The position numbers were made by a program, and so were the translations under genes. DNA of 64,000 nt. Source: an uncultured Candidatus Saccharibacteria bacterium. Its GTDB lineage: Bacteria > Patescibacteriota > Minisyncoccia > Phycocordibacterales > UBA5272. The notes beneath the pieces were generated by a model. That model ran no database searches. It saw only the letters and a program-made list of their open reading frames with translations, and was not told the origin of the DNA. Positions 28,239-37,285 of the stretch are shown here, in pieces; within the stretch, counting starts at the first letter, position 1; each line of letters starts with the position of its first letter. The DNA lies in assembly GCA_964577675.1 (NCBI GenBank), contig CAZNZQ010000001.1, positions 5,875 to 69,874 on the forward strand, given 5' to 3'.

Positions 28239-28769
28239 ATGCGATGGGTAATTTTTACAGGGACATGGCGTCTCACAAATAAAGAAGTAGAGAACGACGT
28301 ACGAAAGCGGGCTCGTTCTGTTTTCGAGATGGGTGACGGACTTGTAACAGGTGGGGCTACTGGTGTCGACTACTTCGCAATGGATGAATGGCTAAAACTC
28401 GACCCAGAATGCAAGCGTTTGCGTATCTTTATTCCTGCGCGACTTACTCACTTTATTGAAGACTACCGCAAAAACTGGAAACATTCGCCGATAACTGATG
28501 CAGATATTGATAACCTAGAATATATCCTAAAGATAATCCACGAGAGAAACCCTGCCTGCATGTTTGAAGTACGAAAAGAGTCAGGCGATATTACCCAAGG
28601 TGAGTATGACTTACGTCACAATGAAGAAGTAACGTTCTCTGACGAGGTATACGCATTTCAGGTTAACAACAGTACTGGAACTGGAGATACTATTACGAAA
28701 GCTACGGCAGCTGGCCTCCCTATTACTGTTCACGAGAAATATATAATTGAAGAGTCTAAGAAAAATTAG
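28239..28769 (+). CDS. SLOG-superfamily (DprA/LOG/YpsA-like) Rossmann-fold protein
   Basis: VIFTGTWR...LVTGGATGVDYFAMDEW matches the strand-loop GGxxGxD nucleotide-binding signature of SLOG domains. The start was taken at MRWV. Confidence 0.35.
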   Translation: MRWVIFTGTWRLTNKEVENDVRKRARSVFEMGDGLVTGGATGVDYFAMDEWLKLDPECKRLRIFIPARLTHFIEDYRKNWKHSPITDADIDNLEYILKIIHERNPACMFEVRKESGDITQGEYDLRHNEEVTFSDEVYAFQVNNSTGTGDTITKATAAGLPITVHEKYIIEESKKN

Positions 28770-29458
28770 AGAGGAATTTCTATCAAGAGAAGTTTTGTAT
28801 TTGATGAAAGATGAAGAGGAAGTTCTGTGGTCTCGGCGATACAGAGCGCGTCTCGCCTCTGTGCGGCAACATCTCCCAACTTCACTTCACCTTCAATAAC
28901 AAAAAGGTATACCCCTCTTTCTCTAGCATTAAAAGAATACATTTCGTCTTTTCCTTCAATGCTGCTGATATATGTAATCGAGGCATCCTGATTAATTGTG
29001 AGAGCCTCCTCCCCAACAAGAATGGCGCAGACATCCTCGTCCTTTAAAAAGTCTATTTTCCTCTCTTCATACCTCGGCGCAATCCCTTTTTCCTTAGACT
29101 CAATCCATAACTGGAAGAGCTCAAGCGGAACATCTTCGTTATTATGTTCGGAGTGCATCACGCCGGTGCCTGCTGACATTACCTGTATCATCCCCTGTTC
29201 CACCTTTCGTTCATTACCCATACTGTCCTTATGTGAGACTGCACCTCGCATGACGACGGTGATGATTTCCATGTCTCTGTGGCCGTGGGTATCGAAGCCT
29301 GTATGAGGTGCGATAATGTCCTCATTTAAAACACGCAGCTTACCGAACCCCATGCGTGCCGGGTTATACCAGTTAGAAAATGAGAAGCTATATCTCGTAG
29401 AAAGCCATCCGTATTCCGCTCCGCCCCTATCTTCATTTTTATGTATTTCTATTTTCAT
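28766..29458 (-). CDS. pirin-family cupin protein
   Basis: GWLSTRYSFSFSNWYNPARMGFGKLRVLNEDIIAPHTGFDTHGHRDMEIITVVMRG...MHSEHN matches the pirin N-terminal cupin with its metal-binding His residues. Confidence 0.75.
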   Translation of the reverse strand: MKIEIHKNEDRGGAEYGWLSTRYSFSFSNWYNPARMGFGKLRVLNEDIIAPHTGFDTHGHRDMEIITVVMRGAVSHKDSMGNERKVEQGMIQVMSAGTGVMHSEHNNEDVPLELFQLWIESKEKGIAPRYEERKIDFLKDEDVCAILVGEEALTINQDASITYISSIEGKDEMYSFNARERGVYLFVIEGEVKLGDVAAQRRDALCIAETTELPLHLSSNTKLLLIEIPL

Positions 29459-29460
29459 AG

Positions 29461-31125
29461 TTATTTCTTTTTGTTCTGTGCTCTGTATGCCCTCACTAGC
29501 TTAATATCATTATACGAAACCTTGCCACCTAACTCGTCAAAAATGGGAGTGAGTTTGGTAGTATCGAGCTCGTCGAATGCCTTAGATATCTTTTGCAGCA
29601 AAGCTTTCTTAGGAAGAATCTTGTCGAACATAACTGACTCACCACTATCAACTAACTTTTCGATGTGGGCAATGAGTGTGTCGACACCGATGTCTCTGAA
29701 CGTAGCGATTTCTTCTAAAGTCATACCCTTATCTAGCATCTCCTTAGTCACGATGTGTGACAAGGTCTTCACTTCTTCTGATATCTCATCAATCTCCTCA
29801 ATTGACCCGCCAACTTCCATCAGTCGTTTATTATGCATCCCTTCAAGCTCTTCTTTTGTATATTTCTTCAGAGCGTCAGAGGCTTGAGAGCTTTTCTTGT
29901 GAAAGAGCTCGTCCGCTTCTCTTACCTCTTCACTCACCATGAGAGCTTCATTATTGAAGCCGGCGAGATACAACCCGTCGAGTGTAGTGAGGCGAGAGAG
30001 TGCTACATATCCCTGTCCACGCACGAACGTTCGAGATAGATCCATCTCAGCCTCATCGAGTGTCATACCTTGGCTCTTATGCACAGTTATAGCCCATGCA
30101 TAGCGAAGCGGTAACTGACTGATCTCGGCTTTTACCTTTCCGTCTTCTTCTATCTTCCAACTATCCCCTCGCACAGTTATCTTCCTTCCATTATTAAGCG
30201 AGACCACCGGGAAGCCGTCGTCTGCTATCGCACTCACGATACCAAGGGAGCCGTTCACATATGACTTGTCTTGAGCATTTTTGATACACATCACCTTAGC
30301 CCCTATCTTAAGCCGTAAACTCTCGGGTGCGAGACAGTTACTCTTAAGAGAGTCCACAAGATGCTTCTTACCCTTGGTGACCATTTCAAAGTAATACTCG
30401 TCCCCATCTAACTCGTCAAAAAACTTCTCATTTATCTTGTCTACGTTTTCATTGTGAGTGTACAACTTGAGCGTGCTTTTCTTTGGTTTCTTTTCCGATG
30501 CTTCGCGGAGCGTATCATAGTGCCCCTCTTCTATTTCACCACCACGAATTGCTTTAAGAAGAGATAGTAGCTGATCATCGTCTTGTCTATGCTGCTCAGT
30601 GAGATAGCAGATGACTGGCTTTGCCTCTATCCATGCATTAGAAAGAAAAGCGTACACCTTGGCCCCTGGTATATGATTCTCAGTTCTTACAACAGGAGGA
30701 AGCTGAAAAAAATCCCCAGAGAATATAAGCTGTATGCCACCGAACGGCCTCGCGTCTCTTCGTATATGCTTAGCGACGCTGTTTAACATGTCCAAGAAGT
30801 TCGCGTGGAGCATCGAGACTTCGTCGATGATGAGTACCTGTGTCTCAGTCCAACGTTTATAGAGATTCTGCTTTTCCTCGAGCACGTCCAGGTCGAACTT
30901 CGTTAACTTATCTTTTATGCCGATGCCGCTCCATGAATGGATGGTAGAGCCTCCAATATGGGTCGACGCGATACCGGTAGACGCGGTTACTGCGTACTTC
31001 ACCCCGTGTTTCTTGAGGTAATCTACGTACTCTCTTAAAACGTAACTTTTACCAGAACCAGCCTGCCCTGTAAGGAATGTCGTATGTCCGAGTTTTAGAA
31101 TATTGAGAGCTGTCTTTTGAGTCAT
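29461..31125 (-). CDS. PIF1/RecD-family ATP-dependent DNA helicase
   Basis: Walker A TGQAGSGKSY, motif II IIDEVSM and Pif1 signature GDFFQLPPVV, with a C-terminal extension. Confidence 0.75.
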   Translation of the reverse strand: MTQKTALNILKLGHTTFLTGQAGSGKSYVLREYVDYLKKHGVKYAVTASTGIASTHIGGSTIHSWSGIGIKDKLTKFDLDVLEEKQNLYKRWTETQVLIIDEVSMLHANFLDMLNSVAKHIRRDARPFGGIQLIFSGDFFQLPPVVRTENHIPGAKVYAFLSNAWIEAKPVICYLTEQHRQDDDQLLSLLKAIRGGEIEEGHYDTLREASEKKPKKSTLKLYTHNENVDKINEKFFDELDGDEYYFEMVTKGKKHLVDSLKSNCLAPESLRLKIGAKVMCIKNAQDKSYVNGSLGIVSAIADDGFPVVSLNNGRKITVRGDSWKIEEDGKVKAEISQLPLRYAWAITVHKSQGMTLDEAEMDLSRTFVRGQGYVALSRLTTLDGLYLAGFNNEALMVSEEVREADELFHKKSSQASDALKKYTKEELEGMHNKRLMEVGGSIEEIDEISEEVKTLSHIVTKEMLDKGMTLEEIATFRDIGVDTLIAHIEKLVDSGESVMFDKILPKKALLQKISKAFDELDTTKLTPIFDELGGKVSYNDIKLVRAYRAQNKKK

Positions 31126-31288
31126 TTTGAAAATCGACAATCACTTTCAGAGTTAACGAGAGAGGAAAGCTCGGGAATTATGTTTGATAAGAGATGTGGC
31201 TATCATACACATCAGTGTAAGCGGAAAGTAGAAAACGGAGAAGACTTGACTATTTAATTATATATTTTAAGATAGATTTATCCAAACG

Positions 31289-31603
31289 ATGGAGAAAAGA
31301 TTGAAAACTACGCTCTTTAAAATTTTGAGAGACTCGGCATCTCAAACGTTTCCTGGCACAACATCAACCTACGGGGAAAATGCTGGACAGGCCGTACTAA
31401 TCTGTCTCTTGGGTCTGGCGATAAACATCGCCTCGCAGGACCTTATCGGCACTGTGAGCATCAACAGCCTTCCATGGCTCATGATGTGGTCGATTCATGC
31501 CACATCTACGATGGTTGCCATCGTTTCGATGCTATATTTTTTATTTTTTTTGGTTGTCGTGACACTATCTAGCATAGAAAGGATCATTCAACCAAAAAAA
31601 TAG
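31289..31603 (+). CDS. small hypothetical membrane protein
   Basis: 104 aa with two predicted TM helices, followed by a strong terminator. Confidence 0.35.
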   Translation: MEKRLKTTLFKILRDSASQTFPGTTSTYGENAGQAVLICLLGLAINIASQDLIGTVSINSLPWLMMWSIHATSTMVAIVSMLYFLFFLVVVTLSSIERIIQPKK

Positions 31604-31614
31604 CCTGGTCAATC

Positions 31615-31652
31615 ACCCACCGAAACCCACCTCGGTGGGTTCTTTTATTTTA
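31615..31652 (+). terminator. rho-independent terminator
   Basis: ACCCACCGA-aacccacc-TCGGTGGGT (9-bp stem) followed by TCTTTTATTTT. Confidence 0.8.
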
Positions 31653-31727
31653 TACAAACAGAGTGACTGCTTTAAATATCGAAACACCTGAATTCCTTCA
31701 GAAAGAGGGTGGGTAATTTTAAATATT

Positions 31728-32654
31728 CTATACTTTCAAATATTTTCGTACCGCGAGAAGCGAAGACACTGTTGTCAAAACTGCACCAAAAGCAAGGAGC
31801 GAGAGAACAAGCGCCCCAAGATGAGCTGTATAGAACGAGTGGATATTCATACCTTCGAAAAAGAACACTGTCTTCTTGGTTACCCAGATAGTTGCTGGGA
31901 AGAAAATAATAACGGTTATTAGTGTCGCTGCTACAGAGTATAGAATAGACTCTACTACAAAAGGCCCCCTAATAAACATATTAGATGCCCCCACAAGCTT
32001 CATCACCGCTATCTCATCACGATATACGAAAATGGCTAAACGAATTGTATTGTATACAATCATACAGCTCATCAAGATGAATATAACAGAAAGCCAGAAG
32101 CCTACTGTATTGGTCCATCCGATAATGTTGTTGAGCTTGTCGATACTGTCTTTTATTTGATAATAGTTTATCTTATCGATCGCAGTCTTGTTGTCTCCCA
32201 AGAGTCCAGATGTATCCTCGAGTTGCTTAGCAATAGCCTCATAACGAGAAGTATCGTTAGCCACCACTGAGAGCGACGCCCCGAACGGGTTGATACCCAG
32301 TTCTTCAAGGGCTTGAAGTGTCAGCTGATCCCCTTCGTGTTTCTTTCTAAAGTCTTCGAGTGCTTGTTCCTTTGTTGTTTAGGTAACCATCTTCACATCT
32401 GTTAGACCCATGAGCTTAGCCTTCACCTCGCTTGTCTGTTGTTCTGTTGCGTCAGTCTTGAAATAAATACGAATATCTACCTTCTCTCTTACTTCATTGA
32501 GCGTATAGTCGAAGACCGCTCTAAAAAGATAAAATGATGTAATAATCGAAAGCGTAATCGTCAGAATAAAAATCGAAGACAGTGAAACCGTGCGGTTACG
32601 ATAGAATCCTCTTAGTCCAGCAAGTGCAACCCTTTTCCAAAGTACAGTTCGCAT
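31728..32654 (-). pseudogene. ftsX: cell-division permease FtsX interrupted by an in-frame TAA
   Basis: ORFs 32379..32654 (N-terminal TM1 region) and 31728..32267 (C-terminal TM2-4) are in the same frame. The 37 codons between them (TTKEQALEDFRKKHEGDQLTLQALEELGINPFGASLS) read as the FtsX extracellular loop. The only interruption is TAA at 32379-32381. Confidence 0.6.
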
Positions 32655-32666
32655 AATAATTATTGT

Positions 32667-33347
32667 TTAAATACTAAATCTTCCAGACTTCTGATCTCTC
32701 ACGATTCTTCCGTTCTCCATCGTTAGTACGCGACGTCCGAGATTATCCACTATACCTTTGTTGTGAGTGGTTAGGATGACGGTAGTACCGAGGTCATTAA
32801 TCTTCTTGAGAATCTGAACAATATCGTAAGTATTAAGCGGATCAAGGTTCCCTGTTGGTTCATCCGCAATAATAATCTCCGGACGGTTGATAATTGCACG
32901 AGCAATAGCAACACGCTGCTGCTCACCACCAGAAAGCTGATGTGGGAAGTGGTGCATCTTACTCTTTAGGTCTACAAGATCTAATACATGTGGAACATCC
33001 TCTTCTATTTCATCGTCGTGCTTGCCAGCTGCTTCCATGGCAAAAGCCACGTTCTCATACGCGGTCTTATTAGGAATGAGCCTAAAGTCTTGGAAAACCA
33101 CTCCGATTTTTCTACGGAAGTGCATCATCTCCTTTCCTTTCAGTGTATGAATATCGTCTGAGTTAAACGACACACTTCCTTCTGTCGGAGACTCTTCTGC
33201 CATCATGAGCTTAATGAGAGTAGTCTTGCCAGCGCCTGAGTGACCTACTATTGAGACCAGTTCGCCTTTGTTTATAGTAAGAGATATGTCGTCGAGTACG
33301 CGGTTACCGTTTTCGTACTCTTTAGAAACTTTGTCGAAGTAAAGCAT
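32667..33347 (-). CDS. ftsE: cell-division ABC ATPase FtsE
   Basis: Walker [10 protein letters not shown], signature [14 protein letters not shown] and Walker B IIIADEPT. It lies immediately upstream of ftsX. Confidence 0.85.
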   Translation of the reverse strand: MLYFDKVSKEYENGNRVLDDISLTINKGELVSIVGHSGAGKTTLIKLMMAEESPTEGSVSFNSDDIHTLKGKEMMHFRRKIGVVFQDFRLIPNKTAYENVAFAMEAAGKHDDEIEEDVPHVLDLVDLKSKMHHFPHQLSGGEQQRVAIARAIINRPEIIIADEPTGNLDPLNTYDIVQILKKINDLGTTVILTTHNKGIVDNLGRRVLTMENGRIVRDQKSGRFSI

Positions 33348-33452
33348 GTAGGGAGTATACCATGCTGACTACACTCCAAAAGGGTGTGGAAAGATGAGAC
33401 TTGCTATTCGTTAGAAAAATTATGACGTTAGAAAGATCCGGCGAAGAGCTTC

Positions 33453-34340
33453 CTAACTTCCTAACAGTACCACCTTTTCTGCTTCAATAAACCCTTCTAT
33501 CTCACCTTTTTCTAAAACAGCTTCTACATTACTGGTCTCATAGTCAGTTCTGTGATCCTTTACCATCTTGTACGGGTGAAGTACGTATGAACGTATCTGA
33601 TTCCCCCACTCTATCTCAGTGGTCTTACTAATCTGCCTCCCCTCTACTTCGGCCTGGCGCTTCTCTTCTTCTAATTTAAAAAGTTTGGATTGCAAAATTT
33701 CTAATGCCTTCTGCTTGTTCTGCTCCTGCTGACGTTCAGTCGCCACATGCACTGCGATATTAGTCGGTATATGAATAACGCGCACAGCAGTCTCTCTCTT
33801 GTTAACGTTTTGACCACCGGGACCGCTCGACTTAGACATCTCTATACGTATCTCGTCCGGCGACAATGTCTTCCTCTCTACTTCTGGGATGATTGGGAGC
33901 ACTTCGACTAGAGCAAAAGAAGTGTGCCGCTTTGCCTGTGCATTAAACGGTGAAATTCTAACAAGGCGATGCACACCGGACTCATGTTTGAGATTACCGT
34001 AGACCATCTTACCCTCTATTTCGAGCGTGATATTGCGATACCCGCCATGGTCGTTCTTATTATCATGAAGCGTGTTATAACGATAACTATTTCTATCGAA
34101 GTACTTCTGATACATCATTAGGAGTATACGAGCGAAATCTTCACTATCATCCCCTCCTGCACCAGCCAAGATGGAGAAAATTGCTCCACCTTTATCGAGT
34201 GCTCCCACACCCTCCTTTTTATCCTTTAATTCTTTAATTTTTTTGATGACAGACTGCGCTTTCTCTTTATCAGTCCAAAAATCAACCTCATTCATCGAGG
34301 CTTCAAGCTCTGCTATTTCGAGATCCAGGTTTTCTCCCAT
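33453..34340 (-). CDS. prfB: peptide chain release factor 2
   Basis: GGQ motif (SGPGGQNVNK) and the RF2-specific SPF motif (RISPFNAQAKRHTSF). The start was taken at MGENLDLEI. No CUU-UGA-C frameshift site is present. Confidence 0.75.
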   Translation of the reverse strand: MGENLDLEIAELEASMNEVDFWTDKEKAQSVIKKIKELKDKKEGVGALDKGGAIFSILAGAGGDDSEDFARILLMMYQKYFDRNSYRYNTLHDNKNDHGGYRNITLEIEGKMVYGNLKHESGVHRLVRISPFNAQAKRHTSFALVEVLPIIPEVERKTLSPDEIRIEMSKSSGPGGQNVNKRETAVRVIHIPTNIAVHVATERQQEQNKQKALEILQSKLFKLEEEKRQAEVEGRQISKTTEIEWGNQIRSYVLHPYKMVKDHRTDYETSNVEAVLEKGEIEGFIEAEKVVLLGS

Positions 34341-34393
34341 TAGTGGACAGTATACCAAATCTCCACCACCTCGTGGTATGCTATAAAGCAATT

Positions 34394-34816
34394 ATGAAAA
34401 TCGGATTCACAGCAGGTGCGTTTGACCTCTGTCATGCAGGGCACATGCTCATGTTTAAAGAATGTAAAGAATACTGCGATTACCTTATTGTGGGCTTACA
34501 CACTGATCCGACAATTGACCGACCAGAAAAAAATAAGCCAGTGCAAGACATAGAAGAAAGAAAAGCTCAACTGGAGGCCGTGAGGTACATCGATAAGATA
34601 GTGCTTTACGACACAGAAAAAGATTTATACGATATTTTACAAAAAAACGAACTAGGGATTAATATTAGAATCATAGGCGCAGACTGGAAAGGTAAACCTT
34701 TTACTGGCCATGATCTTCCCCTTGATACAGTTTTCAATACCAGAGACCACGGGTACTCATCATCTAACCTAAGAAAGAGAATCTACGAGGCAGAGAAAAA
34801 GAAATATGAGCCATAG
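34394..34816 (+). CDS. cytidylyltransferase (TagD / glycerol-3-phosphate cytidylyltransferase-like)
   Basis: GAFDLCHAGH (HxGH), VRYIDKIV and GADWKGK, at ~140 aa like TagD. The start was taken at MKIGF. Confidence 0.6.
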   Translation: MKIGFTAGAFDLCHAGHMLMFKECKEYCDYLIVGLHTDPTIDRPEKNKPVQDIEERKAQLEAVRYIDKIVLYDTEKDLYDILQKNELGINIRIIGADWKGKPFTGHDLPLDTVFNTRDHGYSSSNLRKRIYEAEKKKYEP

Positions 34817-34857
34817 CTATAGAAAAATTCTGTTAGGAAAGCGTCTCATTTTGATAT

Positions 34858-35988
34858 TTATTTAAAGTAATTTTTATTTTTTATCTCTTCTGGTAAAAAG
34901 CTTTCGTCGTCGTACATCTCATACCCTTTTCCGTATCCATTTGCTTTCATAAGCTTCGTAGGAGCATTCCGTAGCTTCATTGGTATAGGCAAATTGCCTA
35001 ATTTTTTAGCATCCTGGAGAGCTTCCTGGTAAGCATCATATGCGCTTCTGTCTTTCTTTGCTGCTGAAAGATATGCCACCCCGTGAGCTAAGTTGATACC
35101 ACACTCAGGTAACCCAACAGTTTCTACAGCTTTAAATACTTCATTGGCTATAATGAGGGCCCCCTTATCAGCGAGACCTATGTCTTCTGATGCGAATATT
35201 ACCATTCGGCGAGCTATAAACTTCGGGTCTTCGCCAGCATCAATCATGCGCGCTAGGTAGTACATAGCAGCGTCTGCCTGAGATGCGCGCATACTTTTTA
35301 TAAACGCACTGATTGTGTTGTAGTGCTCCTCTCCTTTCTTATCATAACGGAGATGCTTGGATTGAATAGTATCTTTTATGGTCTCAGTGGTGATGTCACC
35401 ATAAAGGTCTCGTGTTGAGGAAATAACGCCAAGTATCTGCCTAGCGTCACCGCCACCAAGTGCACACAACATCTCTCTAGCTTCTTGGTCTATAGAGATA
35501 TTAGTACGATCAATGATGGTATTGATTTCGTCTTTTGTTAATTCGTTAAGAACAAAGACTCGACATCTGGAAAGGAGTGCAGAGATAACCTCAAAGCTTG
35601 GGTTCTCTGTCGTTGCCCCAATGAGAATAAGCTTTCCGTTTTCAACATACGGAAGGAGAAAGTCCTGCTGCGCTTTATTAAAACGATGTATCTCGTCTAG
35701 GAAGAGAACCCGTGGACCAAAGAGGTCTCCTCCTGAGTCTACGATATGGCGAATATCATCTTTGCCAGCTGAGACAGCAGAAAGCTCATGATAATCAGCA
35801 TTGACTGCCTTAGCATAAATACGTGCAAGACTTGTCTTCCCTGAGCCTGGAGGTCCCCAGAGAATAAATGAGAAGATATGTTTCTTTTCTATAGCAACAC
35901 GAAGAGGTTTACCTGGACCGACCAGGTGAGTCTGACCAATATAGTCATCAAGAGATGTTGGACGAAGAATGGAGGCGAGAGGTTCCAT
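34858..35988 (-). CDS. rarA: replication-associated recombination protein A (AAA+ ATPase RarA/MgsA)
   Basis: LWGPPGSGKTSLARI, LFLDEIHRFNKAQQD and a conserved C-terminal MgsA domain. Confidence 0.85.
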   Translation of the reverse strand: MEPLASILRPTSLDDYIGQTHLVGPGKPLRVAIEKKHIFSFILWGPPGSGKTSLARIYAKAVNADYHELSAVSAGKDDIRHIVDSGGDLFGPRVLFLDEIHRFNKAQQDFLLPYVENGKLILIGATTENPSFEVISALLSRCRVFVLNELTKDEINTIIDRTNISIDQEAREMLCALGGGDARQILGVISSTRDLYGDITTETIKDTIQSKHLRYDKKGEEHYNTISAFIKSMRASQADAAMYYLARMIDAGEDPKFIARRMVIFASEDIGLADKGALIIANEVFKAVETVGLPECGINLAHGVAYLSAAKKDRSAYDAYQEALQDAKKLGNLPIPMKLRNAPTKLMKANGYGKGYEMYDDESFLPEEIKNKNYFK

Positions 35989-35993
35989 GGGGA

Positions 35994-36054
35994 GTAGCGT
36001 GTAGCGTGTAGCGTGTAGCGTGTAGCGTGTAGCGTGTAGCGTGTAGCGTGTAGG
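35994..36054. repeat. heptanucleotide microsatellite (GTAGCGT)x8.7
   Basis: Eight perfect copies from 35994 to 36049 plus a partial copy. It begins 6 nt upstream of the rarA start codon on the transcribed strand and replaces any SD sequence. Confidence 0.9.
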
Positions 36055-36234
36055 AGATAGTTTACGCTTTTGGCTGGAAGACGTAAATAGAACGGAAATG
36101 CTAAGAATCGGTCACAAGAGCACTCGCTTCGCTCAAGAAGCTATTGCTTGTTCCTAGAACCGAACTTGCTAACTCGCCTATTCGACTCTCGACATAAAGT
36201 CACTCAAGTGACTTTTTCTTTGGATCACTGCGTG

Positions 36235-36490
36235 AGCCAAGAGCGGGAATCGAACCCGCGACCTCTTCCTTCGTTTACACCCCATCTTCATTCTTATACA
36301 TAGGGACTAGACTGTATCTTTATCCACTAAGGATACCCTTGTCAGTCGTTCGGGCGAATACTCGCCACGGTCTTAGCTTATTGTCAGCCGTTAACCGTTA
36401 TTCGGGATTCACAATACAGTTACCTGTATTGTGGGCAGGAATCTTTTACGACCCACCATGGAAGTGCTCTACCAACTGAGCTATCTTGGC
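36235..36490 (-). tRNA. tRNA-Thr (anticodon GGU) interrupted by a 183-nt intron between positions 36 and 37
   Basis: Exon 1 is GCCAAGATAGCTCAGTTGGTAGAGCACTTCCATGGT and exon 2 is AAGGAAGAGGTCGCGGGTTCGATTCCCGCTCTTGGCT. Joined, they give a perfect 73-nt cloverleaf with a 7-bp acceptor stem, D-arm GCTC/GAGC, anticodon stem CTTCC/GGAAG, loop AUGGUAA and T-arm GCGGG-TTCGATT-CCCGC. Confidence 0.7.
36272..36454 (-). ncRNA. putative group I self-splicing intron in the tRNA-Thr anticodon loop
   Basis: The 5' exon ends in U and the intron ends in G. The intron contains AAGAUACAGUCUAGUCC, resembling the group I J8/7-P7 (S) element, and GACUG upstream as a P7 partner. It has a P8-like hairpin UAUCC-uuagu-GGAUA and a 10-bp hairpin capped by a GUAA tetraloop. 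Confidence 0.5.
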
Positions 36491-36978
36491 TTTTTAGAAA
36501 CAATCTAATAAGCTTACCTTATTTTCTGCAGTTTTTCAATTTCATTAATGAGCACATCCCTCATTTTTTTATTATTATAATAAACTGTCAAAACTCCATG
36601 TTCAATCTTCCTTTTATACGAACCAGATCCTCGAGAAGGCGTGACAACGGTCTTCATGAACTGACTACTGGAAACTTTTAGTTACCGTTTCCAAAAACTC
36701 AATACATCCTCGACCTCGGTGGTATTAAAAACTTGAATACCGAATCTCATGTCTTTTTTATCCACTTCAAAAAAAGTTTCCAAAAACAAGACGAAAGTGG
36801 TGACTAACTTTGGTTCCGTATTGCCTAGCCGAACTTAATACTTATTGGCTTTTGTGCCTTCTCCCCAATACAGGCCAAGGCCAAGGCCAAAAAGAATAGC
36901 TTCTTCATTAGAACTTGGCCCCCCTAAACAGAAATGGGTCTCCGCCAGGGTTATTTTTTAAGTAAACCCTGTAACGAG

Positions 36979-37191
36979 CTAGTTGATAGAAATAATTTTT
37001 GATGGTGAATGGTGACCATTTATAATACGCACTGAAACACCAGGAAACTTTTCATGTAAAAGATCTATGACTCTTCTGTTAGCTGCATTATTTTCGGCAG
37101 GGACCTTTACCCAGATACGATACTCATCGTTTTTTATTTGCTCAACCTTTTCTTCTTTAGCGTCTGGAACGACTTTTATTTTTAAGTACAT
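36979..37191 (-). CDS. DUF167 (YggU/UPF0235) family protein
   Basis: 70 aa reading KIKVVPDAKEEKVEQ...WVKVPAENNAANRRVIDLLHEKF, the family pattern. Confidence 0.6.
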   Translation of the reverse strand: MYLKIKVVPDAKEEKVEQIKNDEYRIWVKVPAENNAANRRVIDLLHEKFPGVSVRIINGHHSPSKIISIN

Positions 37192-37285
37192 GTACGAGAT
37201 AGTAATTCGTAATTAGTAACTAGTTTACTTGTATGTTCTTCAAAACCTTGAATAATTTGCATTTCCACTAATTACCAATTACTAA

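Noticed and set aside
31728-32654. Stop-codon reassignment (alternative genetic code) as the explanation for the in-frame TAA in ftsX
   Set aside because: TAA, TAG and TGA all terminate well-supported genes in this window. The RF2 gene, which recognises UAA and UGA, is present. The window is consistent with translation table 11.
33453-34391. Programmed +1 frameshift site in prfB
   Set aside because: I searched the minus strand upstream of the RF2 ORF for CUU-UGA-C (GTCAAAG on the + strand) and found none. The N-terminus is simply short and the gene reads as a single ORF.
34343-34393. Longer N-terminus for the cytidylyltransferase (MDSIPNLHHLVVCYKAIM...)
   Set aside because: The extension would overlap the prfB 5' end on the opposite strand and is not part of the conserved fold. 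The Met directly before the GxFDxxHxGH motif is preferred.
35994-36054. Heptad repeat as coding sequence
   Set aside because: It lies upstream of the rarA ATG and downstream of the tRNA, and no ORF spans it in any frame with a sensible start.
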